DNA of 64,000 nucleotides from Pelagibacteraceae bacterium AG-430-I06 (GCA_003209895.1 QCOH01000003.1:20144-84143), one strand, 5' to 3'. Shown: positions 10,240-21,561, counted from the stretch's first letter. Notes: generated by a model from the sequence alone, not told the origin. Numbers and translations: made by a program.

Positions 10240-11258
10240 GTAATAAAGTACTATTAACCGGTATAAGTGGATGGATTGCAAAACATACTGCGATAGAATT
10301 ATTAAATTCTGGCTATGAAGTTTTAGGGACTGTAAGAAACAAAAATTTAATTGAACAAACGAAAGAAACTTTAAGCAAATATGTATCTATTGAAAAATTG
10401 TCATTTGTTGAATTAGATCTCATAAAAGATGACGGATGGGATGAAGCTGCGAAAGGATGTAAATATATTTTCCATATTGCTTCTCCTTTTCCGATGAAAG
10501 TTTCAAATAATAGAGAAATTTTGTTGCCCCCTGCTGTAGATGGAACATTAAGAGTTTTAAAAGCTGGAGTGAATGCAGGAGTGGAACAAATAATTAAAAC
10601 CTCCTCAATAGTTGCGATGTTTAGAAAACCCAACAGAAGTAATCCTTATACTTTCGGTGAAAATGATTGGACCGATGAAAATTGGATTGAGGGGGTAAAT
10701 GACTACTTTTTATCAAAAACAAAAGCTGAAAGAGTTGCTTGGGAGTTTATGAAGAGTAAAGGATTAAAAAACAAATTGACGACAATAAACCCTGGAGGAG
10801 TATTTGGTGATGCTCTAGATAAAAAAGGTGGTACATCTATAGAATATGTTAGACAATTTATGGCGGGTAAATTTCCAGGGGCACCTAAATTTGCAGTTTT
10901 AATTTCTGACGTTAAAGATATAGCGAAAGCGCATGTTGCTTGTATTGGAAATAAAAAAGTCGGCGGAAGAAGATTAATTGTTGGGAAAGAAGTAAAAAAA
11001 CTAGTTGAGTTGTCTCAATTGATAGCTGAAGCAATGCCTGAATATGCAAAAAAACTTCCTAAAAAGGAACTTCCAAATTTCATAGTTAAATTAATAAGCT
11101 ATGTAGACTCTAGTGCTAAAATGATGATACCGGATCTAGGAATTTTAATGCAAACTGACACTTCTTACGCTGAAGAATTATTAGGTTTCAAGTTTAAACC
11201 AGCGAAAGATTGTATGGCTGAGAATGCTAGATCGGTTGCTAGACTGGGATTAGTTTAA
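10236..11258 (+). CDS. NAD-dependent epimerase/dehydratase family (extended SDR, aldehyde/flavonol-reductase-like) protein
   Basis: N-terminal Rossmann LLTGISGWIAKH and catalytic YxxxK (YFLSK). ATGA overlap with the trxB stop. Confidence 0.8.
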   Translation: MSNKVLLTGISGWIAKHTAIELLNSGYEVLGTVRNKNLIEQTKETLSKYVSIEKLSFVELDLIKDDGWDEAAKGCKYIFHIASPFPMKVSNNREILLPPAVDGTLRVLKAGVNAGVEQIIKTSSIVAMFRKPNRSNPYTFGENDWTDENWIEGVNDYFLSKTKAERVAWEFMKSKGLKNKLTTINPGGVFGDALDKKGGTSIEYVRQFMAGKFPGAPKFAVLISDVKDIAKAHVACIGNKKVGGRRLIVGKEVKKLVELSQLIAEAMPEYAKKLPKKELPNFIVKLISYVDSSAKMMIPDLGILMQTDTSYAEELLGFKFKPAKDCMAENARSVARLGLV

Positions 11259-12437
11259 ACTATCACAAAAAGATTTTATTCTATCTAAAGCCTTTTTAAG
11301 ATTATCCATAGAGGTTGCATAGGAAATTCTAAAATATCCATTTAATCCAAAAGCAGATCCTTGGACTACAGCAACTTCGGCCTTCTCTAATAATTTTTCA
11401 ACAAATTCTTTATCTGTTTTTAATTTAGTTTTTTCTCCCAGCAATTTTTTGCAGTTAGGAAAAACATAAAAAGCTCCGTTTGGTTTTAAGCAACTCAAAC
11501 CATTAATCTTATTTAGAGTTTCAACAACGTAATCTCTTCTCTCTTTAAAAGAATCTGCTCTAGTTTTAATAAAATCTTGGGTTCCGTTTAAAGCTTCTAC
11601 AGCTGCTGCCTGACTGATCGAAGATGGGTTTGTTGTAGATTGAGACTGAATTTTTGCAACTGCCTTGATTATTTCTTTTGGACCTGCTCCATATCCTATT
11701 CTCCATCCTGTCATAGAATAAGATTTACTAACGCCATTCATAGTTAAAGTTCTTTCTTTTAAAGCGTCTATCTGAGCGACGGTAAAAAATTTAAAATTAT
11801 CATATGTTATATGTTCATAAATATCATCGCTAAGAATATAAACATGTTTATTATTAATTAAAACTTTTGATAAATCTTCAATTTCTTTTTTTGTATAACA
11901 AGACCCGGTAGGATTTGATGGAGAATTTATAATTAACCACTTTGTTTTTTTTCCAATTACTTTTTTTAATTGCTCTGGTGTTATTTTAAATTCATTTTTT
12001 TCAGAGCACTCTACTATTTTAGGCGAACCTCCTGCCAACAAAACCATATCGGGATAAGATACCCAGTAAGGTGCGGGAATTACAACTTCGTCTCCTGGGT
12101 TTAGTGTAGCCATGAATACATTGTAAAGCACTTGTTTGCCACCAGTTCCCACAGAAATTTGATCAAGTTCGTAAGATAAATTATTTTCTCTTTTAAATTT
12201 TCCTTGAATGGCTTTTTTCAAAATTGGGGTTCCATCAACAGCTGTATATTTAGTGTCCCCTTTTTTTATAGCCTGAATAGCTGCCTCTTTAATATTGTCT
12301 GGGGTGTCAAAATCAGGTTCTCCGGCACCGAGACCGATAACGTCTTTGCCTGCTGCCCTCATTTCTCTAGCTTTTGAGGTAACCGCTATCGTTGGTGAGG
12401 GTTTAATTCGCTTTAAACTATTGGAAACTATGCTCAT
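11250..12437 (-). CDS. Aspartate (class I/II PLP-dependent) aminotransferase
   Basis: 395 aa. NSPSNPTG and the PLP-lysine region SKSYSMTGWRIGY. Its 3' end overlaps the convergent epimerase gene by 9 nt. Confidence 0.9.
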   Translation of the reverse strand: MSIVSNSLKRIKPSPTIAVTSKAREMRAAGKDVIGLGAGEPDFDTPDNIKEAAIQAIKKGDTKYTAVDGTPILKKAIQGKFKRENNLSYELDQISVGTGGKQVLYNVFMATLNPGDEVVIPAPYWVSYPDMVLLAGGSPKIVECSEKNEFKITPEQLKKVIGKKTKWLIINSPSNPTGSCYTKKEIEDLSKVLINNKHVYILSDDIYEHITYDNFKFFTVAQIDALKERTLTMNGVSKSYSMTGWRIGYGAGPKEIIKAVAKIQSQSTTNPSSISQAAAVEALNGTQDFIKTRADSFKERRDYVVETLNKINGLSCLKPNGAFYVFPNCKKLLGEKTKLKTDKEFVEKLLEKAEVAVVQGSAFGLNGYFRISYATSMDNLKKALDRIKSFCDSLN

Positions 12438-12472
12438 TGAAATTTATAATATTTTGTTATTATTAACACAAA

Positions 12473-14644
12473 ATGCAAAATACATACCAAGAAAAAATAG
12501 GTAATTTGGAAGCCAATAATTCTGTAGCCAGAAAAAAGCTTGAAGGTGGTATAAAGTTTAAAATAAAAAGCCCCTTTCAACCTGCTGGTGATCAACCAGA
12601 TGCTATTAAAAAAATACTTACAAATTTAAAAGGGAAACAAAATGAACAAGTTTTACTGGGAGTAACAGGATCAGGAAAAACGTTTACTATGGCAAAAGTA
12701 ATAGAGTCATCTAATCGACCAGCACTTGTTCTGGCACCAAATAAAACTCTTGCAGCACAGTTGTATGGTGAAATGAAAAGTTTTTTTCCTGAAAATGCCG
12801 TAGAATATTTTGTATCTTATTATGATTACTACACGCCAGAAGCTTACGTTCCTAGATCTGATACTTACATAGAAAAAGAAGCATCTATTAATGAACAAAT
12901 AGATAGAATGAGACATTCAGCGACTAGGTCTTTGCTTGAGAGAGATGACGTTATAATTGTTGCAAGTGTATCATGTATCTACGGACTAGGTTCTGTTGAA
13001 GCTTACAGTAAAATGACACTCACTTTAAAAAAAAATTATGAGTACGAAAGAGATGAAATTATAAAAACTTTTGTTAATCTTCAATACAAAAGAAATGACC
13101 AAAATTTCTTTAGAGGAACTTTTAGAGTAAGAGGTGAAAATTTAGAGATATTTCCTTCACATCTAGAAGATAGGGCTTGGAGGTTAACTTTACATGGAAA
13201 TAAATTAGAAAAGATTGAAGAATTTGATCCCTTAACTGGTGACAAAACAAATTCTTTTGGAATAATAAAACTTTACGCAAATAGTCATTATATAACGCCT
13301 AAGCCTACAATAGATCAGGCAATTATTGAAATTAAGAAGGAATTAGAGGAAACACTTAAAAAACATAAGGATGAAAATAAACTTCTTGAAGCTCAAAGAT
13401 TGAGAGAAAGAACTAAATTCGATCTAGAAATGATCGAAGCAACTGGTACTTGCGCCGGTATTGAAAACTATTCGAGATTTTTATCAGGAAGAAAAAAAGG
13501 AGAGCCACCGCCTACTCTTTTTGAATACTTTCCTGATAACACAATTATATTTGTAGACGAAAGTCATGTAACAGTTCCGCAACTAAATGGTATGTATAAA
13601 GGAGACCACACAAGAAAAAGAACGCTTGCTGAATACGGTTTTAGACTTCCTTCTTGTATGGACAATAGACCTTTAAAATTTGAAGAGTGGGATGCAATGA
13701 GAACACAAACAGTTTTTGTTTCAGCTACGCCTGGACCCTGGGAACTCAAGCAAACGAAAAATCAATACATTGATCAGGTTATTAGACCAACAGGTTTAAT
13801 AGATCCAAATGTCGAGATTAGACCAGCAAAGACACAAATTGATGATTTATTTCACGAGTCAAAAAAGGTTACAGAAAAAGGATATAGAATTTTAGTTACA
13901 ACACTTACAAAAAGAATGGCAGAGGATCTGACTGAATACTTACATGAGAATGGATTAAAAGTCAGATACATGCATTCTGATATAGATACACTGGAGAGAA
14001 TTGAAATTATTAGAGACTTAAGAATGGGTGTTTTTGATATTTTGGTAGGAATTAATCTTTTAAGAGAGGGTTTAGATATTCCTGAATGTGCATTGGTTGC
14101 AATTTTAGATGCGGACAAAGAAGGTTTTTTAAGATCAGAAACTTCATTAATTCAAACCATAGGTAGAGCAGCTAGAAACGTTGATGGTAAGGTAATTTTG
14201 TATGCTGATAAAATTACAAAAAGTATTAATAAAGCTATAAAAGAAACCGATAGAAGAAGACAAAGACAACTAGAGTATAACAAAAAAAATAATATTAGTG
14301 CTGAATCTGTAAAAAAAGAAATCAATGATATTTTGGAATCTGTTTATGAAAAAGACTATGTAAAAATTAGCGAAGGTTCAAATGTTGGTGGAAACTTAAA
14401 AAAACATCTTAAGTCTTTAAACAAAAAAATGAAGGAAGCAGCATCAAATCTTGAATTTGAGGAAGCGGCTAAAATTAGAGACGAAATTAGAAAATTAGAA
14501 ACGAATGAGCTAGAAATAAATCTAAATCCAAAAATTTCGCAATACAGTCTAAATAAAAAAGTATATCCTAAAGGACGGTCAAAAATGGGTATGCCTGGTA
14601 CAAAACCAAGAAAATCAGTTAAAAAATGGAAGCCAAAAAAATAA
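12473..14644 (+). CDS. uvrB: Excinuclease ABC subunit B
   Basis: GVTGSGKTF Walker [11 protein letters not shown] beta-hairpin region, DESHVT, helicase C motifs, C-terminal UVR domain [13 protein letters not shown]. Confidence 0.97.
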   Translation: MQNTYQEKIGNLEANNSVARKKLEGGIKFKIKSPFQPAGDQPDAIKKILTNLKGKQNEQVLLGVTGSGKTFTMAKVIESSNRPALVLAPNKTLAAQLYGEMKSFFPENAVEYFVSYYDYYTPEAYVPRSDTYIEKEASINEQIDRMRHSATRSLLERDDVIIVASVSCIYGLGSVEAYSKMTLTLKKNYEYERDEIIKTFVNLQYKRNDQNFFRGTFRVRGENLEIFPSHLEDRAWRLTLHGNKLEKIEEFDPLTGDKTNSFGIIKLYANSHYITPKPTIDQAIIEIKKELEETLKKHKDENKLLEAQRLRERTKFDLEMIEATGTCAGIENYSRFLSGRKKGEPPPTLFEYFPDNTIIFVDESHVTVPQLNGMYKGDHTRKRTLAEYGFRLPSCMDNRPLKFEEWDAMRTQTVFVSATPGPWELKQTKNQYIDQVIRPTGLIDPNVEIRPAKTQIDDLFHESKKVTEKGYRILVTTLTKRMAEDLTEYLHENGLKVRYMHSDIDTLERIEIIRDLRMGVFDILVGINLLREGLDIPECALVAILDADKEGFLRSETSLIQTIGRAARNVDGKVILYADKITKSINKAIKETDRRRQRQLEYNKKNNISAESVKKEINDILESVYEKDYVKISEGSNVGGNLKKHLKSLNKKMKEAASNLEFEEAAKIRDEIRKLETNELEINLNPKISQYSLNKKVYPKGRSKMGMPGTKPRKSVKKWKPKK

Positions 14645-15381
14645 TTATTACCGGTGGTGCTACTAGAATTGGTTCGGCAATTGCAAAAAGCATAGCTGGA
14701 TATGATGTCGATATAACAATTCATTTCAACAAATCAAAGAATTTAGCTAGTAAATTAAAAAAAGAACTTGAGAACAAAGGAAGTAGAGTGCATTTGATTA
14801 AGGCAGATTTAAATAATTTAAAACATGTAAAAAGAATAATTCCTTTTGCTTACAAAAGGATGAAGGGGATTGATTGTTTGATAAATAACGCCTCAGTCTT
14901 TGAAAACGATGGGTTGGAAAATTTTAGTGAAAAAAGCTTTCAAAAACATATTAATATTAATCTTAAAGCACCAGCATTATTAATGCAAAGCTTAAAGAAA
15001 TATTTAAAAAATAGAAATGGAAATATTATTAATATTTTAGATCAAAGAATAAAAAAACTTACACCTTATTTTTTTTCTTACACATTGAGTAAAGTAGCAT
15101 TGGGAGCTTTGACAGAAACAGCTGCGATGAAACTAGCTCCTGGTATAAGAGTGAATGGTATCTCTCCGGGTCCTACATTAAAAAATAAAAGACAATCTGA
15201 AAAACACTTTAAGGCTCAATGGAAATCTACAATTTTAGAAAGGCAAGTGGATTTAAATAACATCTGCGCTATGGTAAAATATTTTATCGAAAGTGAAAGT
15301 GTAACTGGACAAATTATAAGTATAGATAGCGGACAAAGTTTAGCATGGAAAACTCCAGATATTATCAAGAGCAAAGAATGA
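14626..15381 (+). CDS. Short-chain dehydrogenase, FolM/PTR1-like pteridine reductase candidate
   Basis: 251 aa SDR with the cofactor motif TGGATRIG (TGX3RXG instead of the classical TGX3GXG) and YTLSK (YxxxK). ATGA-coupled to folB. Confidence 0.7.
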   Translation: MEAKKIIITGGATRIGSAIAKSIAGYDVDITIHFNKSKNLASKLKKELENKGSRVHLIKADLNNLKHVKRIIPFAYKRMKGIDCLINNASVFENDGLENFSEKSFQKHININLKAPALLMQSLKKYLKNRNGNIINILDQRIKKLTPYFFSYTLSKVALGALTETAAMKLAPGIRVNGISPGPTLKNKRQSEKHFKAQWKSTILERQVDLNNICAMVKYFIESESVTGQIISIDSGQSLAWKTPDIIKSKE

Positions 15382-15779
15382 AAATTATCAAATTTAAAGA
15401 AAAGAAGAAATATAATTATAAAGGGAAGGTCTTCATTAAAGATTTGGTTTTAAAAATGTATATTGGCATTCATTCTTTTGAAAAAAAGAAAAAGCAAAGA
15501 GTGAGATTTAATGTTGATATATCTTTGTATCAAAACTTAATTCTTCAAAGCAATCTAGCAAGTATAGTTAATTATGAAACTATTATTAAGAATATTAATA
15601 ACATTGTTAAAAAAAGACATTATGATCTACTTGAAAATTTAGCTGAGGAAATCTTCTTAAAACTGTTTAGAGAGAAAAAAATTAAAAAAATTAAGCTTAG
15701 ACTAGAAAAAATGGATATAATAAAAAATACATCCTCTGTAGGGATAGAAATTGAAAAGAGTAGACCAAATGAGTATTGA
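15378..15779 (+). CDS. folB: Dihydroneopterin aldolase
   Basis: FolB-like pattern [29 protein letters not shown]...VNYETI...LLENLAEEI...IKLRLEK. I set the start at ATG 15378, which overlaps the SDR stop as ATGA, rather than the track start of 15345. Confidence 0.8.
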   Translation: MKIIKFKEKKKYNYKGKVFIKDLVLKMYIGIHSFEKKKKQRVRFNVDISLYQNLILQSNLASIVNYETIIKNINNIVKKRHYDLLENLAEEIFLKLFREKKIKKIKLRLEKMDIIKNTSSVGIEIEKSRPNEY

Positions 15780-17604
15780 AAAAGGTAAAGATGTCATACG
15801 AAAAAAAATTATAAACCTAACTAATAATCCAGGGGTTTACAAAATGTTAAGCGAAAAGAATGAAATTCTTTACATTGGTAAAGCTAAAAATATTCCTAAT
15901 CGCCTAAAAAGTTATATATCCGAAAGCTATCTGCCAATAAGAACTGAAAGAATGTTGTCGCTCACAAAAAAACTTGAAACAACAACTACTTCTAATGAGA
16001 GCGAAGCACTACTCTTAGAAGCTAACTTAATTAAAAAACACAAACCCAGATTTAATATTTTGTTAAGAGACGATAAATCTTTTCCTTATATTTTTATTGG
16101 TGAAAAGGACAAGTGGCCACAATTAACGAAATTAAGAGGCAAAAAAAATAGAGATGGTTATTACTTTGGTCCATTTGCATCAGTAGGATCAGCAAATTGG
16201 ACAATTAAAATTTTACAAAAAATTTTTTTACTTAGAGTTTGTGATGATACTGTTTTTAGAAATAGAGATAGAGCATGCATTTTATATCAAATAAAGAGAT
16301 GCTCTGCCCCATGTGTAGGTAAAATTGAAGAATATAATTATAAAAATTTAGTTAAAGATGCAGTAGATTTCATTTCTGGGAAATCTCAAAGAATACAGAA
16401 AAATCTTTCAGAAGAAATGGAGAAAGCTAGTGAAGATCTTGACTATGAGAAAGCAGTAATATTAAGAGACAGAATTAAAGCTCTTACACAAATTCAATCG
16501 TCTCAAAAAATAAATCGGACAAATCTAAATGAAGCAGATGTAATTTCAATTTTTAAGGAATCCGGCAGAACATGTATTCAAGTTTTCTTTTTTAGATCAA
16601 AACAAAACTGGGGAAATCAAGCATATTTTCCAAAACATGATCCAGATGAGAACGTAAATAAAATTTTATCATATTTTCTAGGACAATTTTATGAAAACAA
16701 AAGTGTTCCAAGATTAGTACTTTTGAATGAGCATTTAAATGATGAAAAATTATTAGAGAAAGCGTTTTCAGAAAAAGAAAAAAAACAAATAATTATTAAA
16801 TCAGCAAAGACTAAAGATGAGAAAATTGTATCAAAAATGGCTGAAAAAAACGCAAAACAAGCATTAACTCAAAAAATTTTGGAAACTGAAAGTAATTCAA
16901 AATTAATCGATAATCTCGCTGGTAAATTTAATTTAAAATTCAATGTAAATCTTATCGAAGTTTATGATAATAGCCATATTCAGGGAGCAGATTCGGTTGG
17001 TGCTTTAATTGCATTCGGAGAAGATGGTTTTATTAAAAAAAGATACAGGAAATTTAATATTAAATCTGAAAATGTTAAGGGGGATGATTATGGTATGATG
17101 AAAGAAGTCTTAAAAAGAAGGTTTTCTAGAGCACTAAAAGACGAAAATTCTACAAAAACTCTGCCAGATTTAGTTTTGATTGATGGAGGAAAGGGCCAAT
17201 ATTCAGTAAGTAGAGAAACATTAAACGATCTCGGGCTACATGAGATTCCTATTATAGCTGTGGCTAAAGGTAAAAATAGAAATGCCGGGGATGAAACTTT
17301 TTTTCATGATGGAAAAATATTTAAATTTAAAAAAAATGATCCTGCTTTGTTTTTTTTACAGAGATTAAGAGACGAAGCCCATAGATTCGCTATAAGCACT
17401 CACAGGGCCAAGAGAAGAAAAAATTTAAGTAAATCCTTACTAGATCAAATTTCTGGTATTGGAAGAGGAAGAAAAAGAGCCTTGCTCAACCATTTTGGCT
17501 CTGCTAAATCAGTAGAGTCTGCTAGTTTTGAAGATTTGAAGTCTGTAGCAGGAATTGAGGAAAAAGTAGCGAAAAAAATTCACGATTTTTTTCATGAAAA
17601 TTAG
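15751..17604 (+). CDS. uvrC: Excinuclease ABC subunit C
   Basis: GIY-YIG ([28 protein letters not shown]), UVR domain [15 protein letters not shown], endonuclease V-like and C-terminal HhH region. An alternative start at ATG 15769 is possible. Confidence 0.95.
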   Translation: MKRVDQMSIEKGKDVIRKKIINLTNNPGVYKMLSEKNEILYIGKAKNIPNRLKSYISESYLPIRTERMLSLTKKLETTTTSNESEALLLEANLIKKHKPRFNILLRDDKSFPYIFIGEKDKWPQLTKLRGKKNRDGYYFGPFASVGSANWTIKILQKIFLLRVCDDTVFRNRDRACILYQIKRCSAPCVGKIEEYNYKNLVKDAVDFISGKSQRIQKNLSEEMEKASEDLDYEKAVILRDRIKALTQIQSSQKINRTNLNEADVISIFKESGRTCIQVFFFRSKQNWGNQAYFPKHDPDENVNKILSYFLGQFYENKSVPRLVLLNEHLNDEKLLEKAFSEKEKKQIIIKSAKTKDEKIVSKMAEKNAKQALTQKILETESNSKLIDNLAGKFNLKFNVNLIEVYDNSHIQGADSVGALIAFGEDGFIKKRYRKFNIKSENVKGDDYGMMKEVLKRRFSRALKDENSTKTLPDLVLIDGGKGQYSVSRETLNDLGLHEIPIIAVAKGKNRNAGDETFFHDGKIFKFKKNDPALFFLQRLRDEAHRFAISTHRAKRRKNLSKSLLDQISGIGRGRKRALLNHFGSAKSVESASFEDLKSVAGIEEKVAKKIHDFFHEN

Positions 17605-17606
17605 AT

Positions 17607-18191
17607 ATGAAATTTAAAATTCCAAATATTTTGACAATTGGACGTTTAATTATTGTACCAATATTTGTAGTTTCATTTTTTGTTCCAGGAATTGTTGGGG
17701 ACTTGGTACCTTTTTTCCTTTTTGTAATTGCAAGTTTTACAGATTACTTAGATGGATTTTTAGCTCGTTTGTATAAAGAGGAGTCTAGATTAGGAGAGTT
17801 ACTTGATCCTATAGCTGATAAAATTTTAGTATCTTCAGCTTTAATTTTATTAGTTATGAATGGAATAATTAAAAATTATGAGGTTATTGCTGCAATTATT
17901 ATTCTTACTAGAGAAATACTCATATCAGGTTTGAGAGAGTTTATGGCAAAAAAAGAGATTAAATTACCCGTATCTAATTTAGCAAAATTTAAAACTTTTA
18001 TACAAATGTTTTCAATTGCTTTATTACTTACAGGGGAAACAGGAAACAAAATTATCAATTTTCAAGATTATAATGCACAAACTATCGGGATAATACTTCT
18101 TTGGTTGTCCGCTATACTAACTTTGTATACGGGTTATGATTATTTAGCCAAAGGTATAGATACTGCGATTAGTGATGACGAAAAAAGTTAG
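17607..18191 (+). CDS. pgsA: CDP-diacylglycerol--glycerol-3-phosphate 3-phosphatidyltransferase
   Basis: CDP-alcohol phosphatidyltransferase motif DYLDGFLAR...GELLDPIADK. Multiple TM segments. The uvrC-pgsA adjacency is also seen in other bacteria. Confidence 0.9.
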   Translation: MKFKIPNILTIGRLIIVPIFVVSFFVPGIVGDLVPFFLFVIASFTDYLDGFLARLYKEESRLGELLDPIADKILVSSALILLVMNGIIKNYEVIAAIIILTREILISGLREFMAKKEIKLPVSNLAKFKTFIQMFSIALLLTGETGNKIINFQDYNAQTIGIILLWLSAILTLYTGYDYLAKGIDTAISDDEKS

Positions 18192-19075
18192 GCTGCAACT
18201 CTTTTTCTAACCATATTCTGGTAGCTATTGGATAAATCTTTTATAAGATCACATACCTCAAAATTATATTTGTCAATCTGGGATACTGGCGTGATTTCAG
18301 CAGCAGTACCTGTTAAAAAACATCCAACAAATTCTGACATTTCATCTGGTCTTATTTTTCTTTCATTAATTTTTACGCTTTTTGATTTAGCTATTTCAAT
18401 GGCGCATCTTCTTGTGATCCCGTCCAAGAAAGAATCTGGTATTGGAGTATGTAAGGAACCAGACTTATCTTTGAAAAATATATTTGCGCCTGTAGCTTCA
18501 GCAATATTTCCCTCGTGGTCTAACATTAAAGAATCTGTAAAACCTTTGCTTTCTGCTTCGTGTTTAGAAAGAGTGCATATCATATATAAACCCGCTGCTT
18601 TTGTATCCCAAGGAACAGAATTAGGCGCAGGCCTTCTCCAGGAAGAAATATTTAATTTGATTCCATTTAATTTTAATTTCGGATCGAAATAAGATCCCCA
18701 CTCCCAAGTGGCTATCGCAACATGGATTTTGTTTTTTTGAGCAGATATTGCCATCATCTCACTTCCTCTCCACACGACGGGTCTTACGTATCCGTTTTTA
18801 ACCTTTTGAACTAAAATAATCTCTTTGCTTGCATTATTAATTTCTTCTTGGGTATAAGGTATTTTTATTCCCATCCTATTCGCAGAATGAAAAAGTCTTG
18901 CAGTATGTTCCTCGAGTTTAAAAATATCTCCATCGTAAACTCTTTCGCCCTCAAATACACAACTCGCATAATGTAAACCATGATTTAGAAGATGAACGTT
19001 TGCTTTTTGCCAATCAACAAGTTTTGAATTAAACCAAATTTTGCCTGATCTTTTATCGTAAGGAATTGTTTCCAT
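18188..19075 (-). CDS. ilvE: Branched-chain amino acid aminotransferase (class IV)
   Basis: 295 aa. Class IV aminotransferase pattern (GLHYASCVFEGERVY, EATGANIFF, GITR). Its stop shares bases with the pgsA stop (TTAG). Confidence 0.88.
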   Translation of the reverse strand: METIPYDKRSGKIWFNSKLVDWQKANVHLLNHGLHYASCVFEGERVYDGDIFKLEEHTARLFHSANRMGIKIPYTQEEINNASKEIILVQKVKNGYVRPVVWRGSEMMAISAQKNKIHVAIATWEWGSYFDPKLKLNGIKLNISSWRRPAPNSVPWDTKAAGLYMICTLSKHEAESKGFTDSLMLDHEGNIAEATGANIFFKDKSGSLHTPIPDSFLDGITRRCAIEIAKSKSVKINERKIRPDEMSEFVGCFLTGTAAEITPVSQIDKYNFEVCDLIKDLSNSYQNMVRKRVAA

Positions 19076-19153
19076 TAAATTTAAACTAAATAATTTTTTG
19101 CTAACAAAAAAGTATATTTGTTGGTAAAATAAGTCAACATATCTGACCGAAAT

Positions 19154-19597
19154 ATGAAAGATTTACTTTATTTAAAAGATGATCAAATCAAGGATTGTAT
19201 ACAATTGCTACTTTATGCCTACAGAGAAACATTTTCTGACCCTGCTGAAATATTAAAAAAAAAATCACTTGGATTTGCTCATCTTAGGACCCTGCATTTA
19301 GTAGAGGGCAATGAAGGTATAAGCGTTAACGAACTTCTTTTTAAACTTAAAATAACCAAACAAAGCCTTAATAGAGTTTTAAAAGATTTAAAGAGACTTA
19401 AAATGATCAAACAAATCAAAGACAGAGTAGATACTAGAAGAAAACTCCTATATTTAGATGATGATGGAAAAAAAATTTTTGGTGAGGTTTTTGAAAGTCA
19501 AAAAAAAAGAATATTTAATGCATTAAAAGATTCTGACCCGAGTTCGGTAATAAAATTTAAAGAGGTTTTAAAAAAGATTATCAATGGAAAAAAATAG
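19154..19597 (+). CDS. MarR-family transcriptional regulator
   Basis: 147 aa. Winged-HTH pattern (ISVNELLFKLKITKQSLNRVLKDLKRLKMI...DTRRKLLYLDDDGKK). Overlaps the response regulator gene by 14 nt. Confidence 0.75.
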   Translation: MKDLLYLKDDQIKDCIQLLLYAYRETFSDPAEILKKKSLGFAHLRTLHLVEGNEGISVNELLFKLKITKQSLNRVLKDLKRLKMIKQIKDRVDTRRKLLYLDDDGKKIFGEVFESQKKRIFNALKDSDPSSVIKFKEVLKKIINGKK

Positions 19598-20261
19598 ATT
19601 TCATATATTAGTTGTAGATGATGATGATAAAATAAGAGATTTACTTAAACAATTTTTGTCTGAGAAAGGTTTTATTATTTCAACTGCAAATAACTCGATT
19701 GAGGCCAAAAAAAAAATTGATATTTTTAATTTTAATTTAATTATATTGGATGTGATGATGCCAGGTCAAACCGGTTATGAATTAACGGAAGAGCTCAAAC
19801 AAAAAAAGGATATACCTGTAATACTTTTGACTGCAAAAGGAGAAGTAGAAAATAGAATTCATGGTTTACAACTAGGTGCTGATGACTATCTTGGAAAGCC
19901 GTTTGATCCTCAAGAACTTTTGCTTAGAATAAACAATATTATTAAAAATAATGATAACAGAAATTTACTCGAAGTGACCAAAATTGGGGAGGCTGAACTT
20001 AACTTGAGTAAGATGACTATTAAATTGAGAGAGAAAATTGAAAAGATAAATTTATCTGAAAAAAATGTTTTAATGAAAATGTTATCGTCCCCTGGAAAAA
20101 TTTTTTCTCGAAGTGAAATTGGTAAAATATCAAATATATCAAAAGAAAGATCTATTGACGTAATGATTACTAGATTAAGAAAAAAAATAGAAGCAAACCC
20201 TAAAAACCCTAAATTTTTACAAACAATTAGAGGATCAGGATATGTCCTTTGGATTCAATAA
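19584..20261 (+). CDS. OmpR-family two-component response regulator
   Basis: Receiver residues (VVDDDD, ILDVMMP, LLTAKG, YLGKPF). C-terminal winged-helix (RLRKKIE...IRGSGYVL). Confidence 0.9.
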   Translation: MEKNRFHILVVDDDDKIRDLLKQFLSEKGFIISTANNSIEAKKKIDIFNFNLIILDVMMPGQTGYELTEELKQKKDIPVILLTAKGEVENRIHGLQLGADDYLGKPFDPQELLLRINNIIKNNDNRNLLEVTKIGEAELNLSKMTIKLREKIEKINLSEKNVLMKMLSSPGKIFSRSEIGKISNISKERSIDVMITRLRKKIEANPKNPKFLQTIRGSGYVLWIQ

Positions 20262-21561
20262 ATTATTAAAAAAAATATTACCAAAAAGACTTTTTTATAG
20301 AGCGTTAATTATAGTTGCAGCTCCAATAATAATTTTACAAGTTACAATTTCAATAGTTTTTTTTGATAGTATATGGATAAAAGCAAATAAAGGAATGACA
20401 CGTTCGCTCGTAAGTGAAATTAAAACTTTATTTGATGTATACCGTTCAGACAATAAAGAAAATATACAGTTTCTTACAAACTCATATAAAAAAAATTTTG
20501 ATTTTGTTATTAATATAAAAAAAAATGAAAAATTACCAATTACAAAGTCTGATAGAAGATTCAGCCCAATGGATAGATCGTTGAGAAGAGAAATGAAGCA
20601 AATATTTGGTCAAAATTATTGGTTTGATACTGTCACATATATTGATTTGGTAGACTTAAGAATAAAGTCAGATGATAGGATTATTCAAATTTTTTTTTCT
20701 AAAGATAAGATAGCTCCCTCTTCAGTAAGAATATTTGTAATGTGGTTAACTGTTCCATCCTTACTTTTAATTTTTATTGCTTTAATTTTTCTTAAAAATC
20801 AAACTAGACCCATAATAAATTTATCAAAAGCAGCTAAAAAATTTGGAAAAGGTGAGAGTATTGAAAATTTAAGGCCTAGTGGAGCTTTAGAGATTAGAGA
20901 AGCGACATATGAGTTTGATAGGATGATGAAAAGAATTAATAGACATCTTACACAAAGATCTGAAATGTTATCTGGTATTAGCCACGATTTGAGAACTCCA
21001 CTCACTCGACTAAAATTACAACTGGCTTTATTAGAAAAAAAAGACACTGCCATTAAGATGGCCGGTGATATTGATGAGATGGAAAGAATGTTGAATGATT
21101 ATCTGCAATACGCAAAATCACAGACTGAGGAAAAATCGGTCAAATTTAGTTTAACAAGTACAATTACAAATTTATTAAAAAAATATGACACAAATAAATA
21201 TGAGTTTAGTTCAAATCAAGATTTAAAATTTTATGGTAGAGAAAATTTGATTAAAAGATGTATTTTAAATATTTTAGAAAATGGTCTTACTTATGGTAAT
21301 AAAATTTTTGTAGATTTGAAAAAATCAATGAATAATTTAGTTATAACTATTGAAGATGATGGGCCAGGAGTGGATAGAAGTGAATATTCTAATGTATTCA
21401 GACCCTTTTATAGAGTAGACAAAAGCAGAGGTTTAAATAAATCTGGTGTTGGGCTCGGGCTTTCAGTAGCACAGGATATTGTCAAATCACACGGTGGAAA
21501 TATTTCTTTATCAGAGAGTAAACACAAAGGTTTACTTGTTAAGATTTCTTTGCCTTTTTAG
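20242..21561 (+). CDS. EnvZ-like sensor histidine kinase
   Basis: Two TM segments, HAMP region, H-box ISHDLRTPLTRL, N-box NILENGLTYG, G1 EDDGPGV, G2 GVGLGLS. Overlaps the regulator gene by 20 nt. Confidence 0.9.
   Translation: MSFGFNKLLKKILPKRLFYRALIIVAAPIIILQVTISIVFFDSIWIKANKGMTRSLVSEIKTLFDVYRSDNKENIQFLTNSYKKNFDFVINIKKNEKLPITKSDRRFSPMDRSLRREMKQIFGQNYWFDTVTYIDLVDLRIKSDDRIIQIFFSKDKIAPSSVRIFVMWLTVPSLLLIFIALIFLKNQTRPIINLSKAAKKFGKGESIENLRPSGALEIREATYEFDRMMKRINRHLTQRSEMLSGISHDLRTPLTRLKLQLALLEKKDTAIKMAGDIDEMERMLNDYLQYAKSQTEEKSVKFSLTSTITNLLKKYDTNKYEFSSNQDLKFYGRENLIKRCILNILENGLTYGNKIFVDLKKSMNNLVITIEDDGPGVDRSEYSNVFRPFYRVDKSRGLNKSGVGLGLSVAQDIVKSHGGNISLSESKHKGLLVKISLPF

Noticed and set aside
18228-18692. 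Long antisense ORFs opposite confirmed genes: this 154-aa ORF opposite ilvE, plus 10313-10633, 14356-14724, 22711-23160, 24914-25228, 31425-31733, 36135-36614, 42236-42664, 43553-43852 and 61745-62161.
   Set aside because: Their translations are low-complexity (F/S/L/I-rich mirror images of K/E/N-rich genes) with no recognisable motifs. Each lies entirely within a well-supported gene on the other strand. These are typical shadow ORFs.
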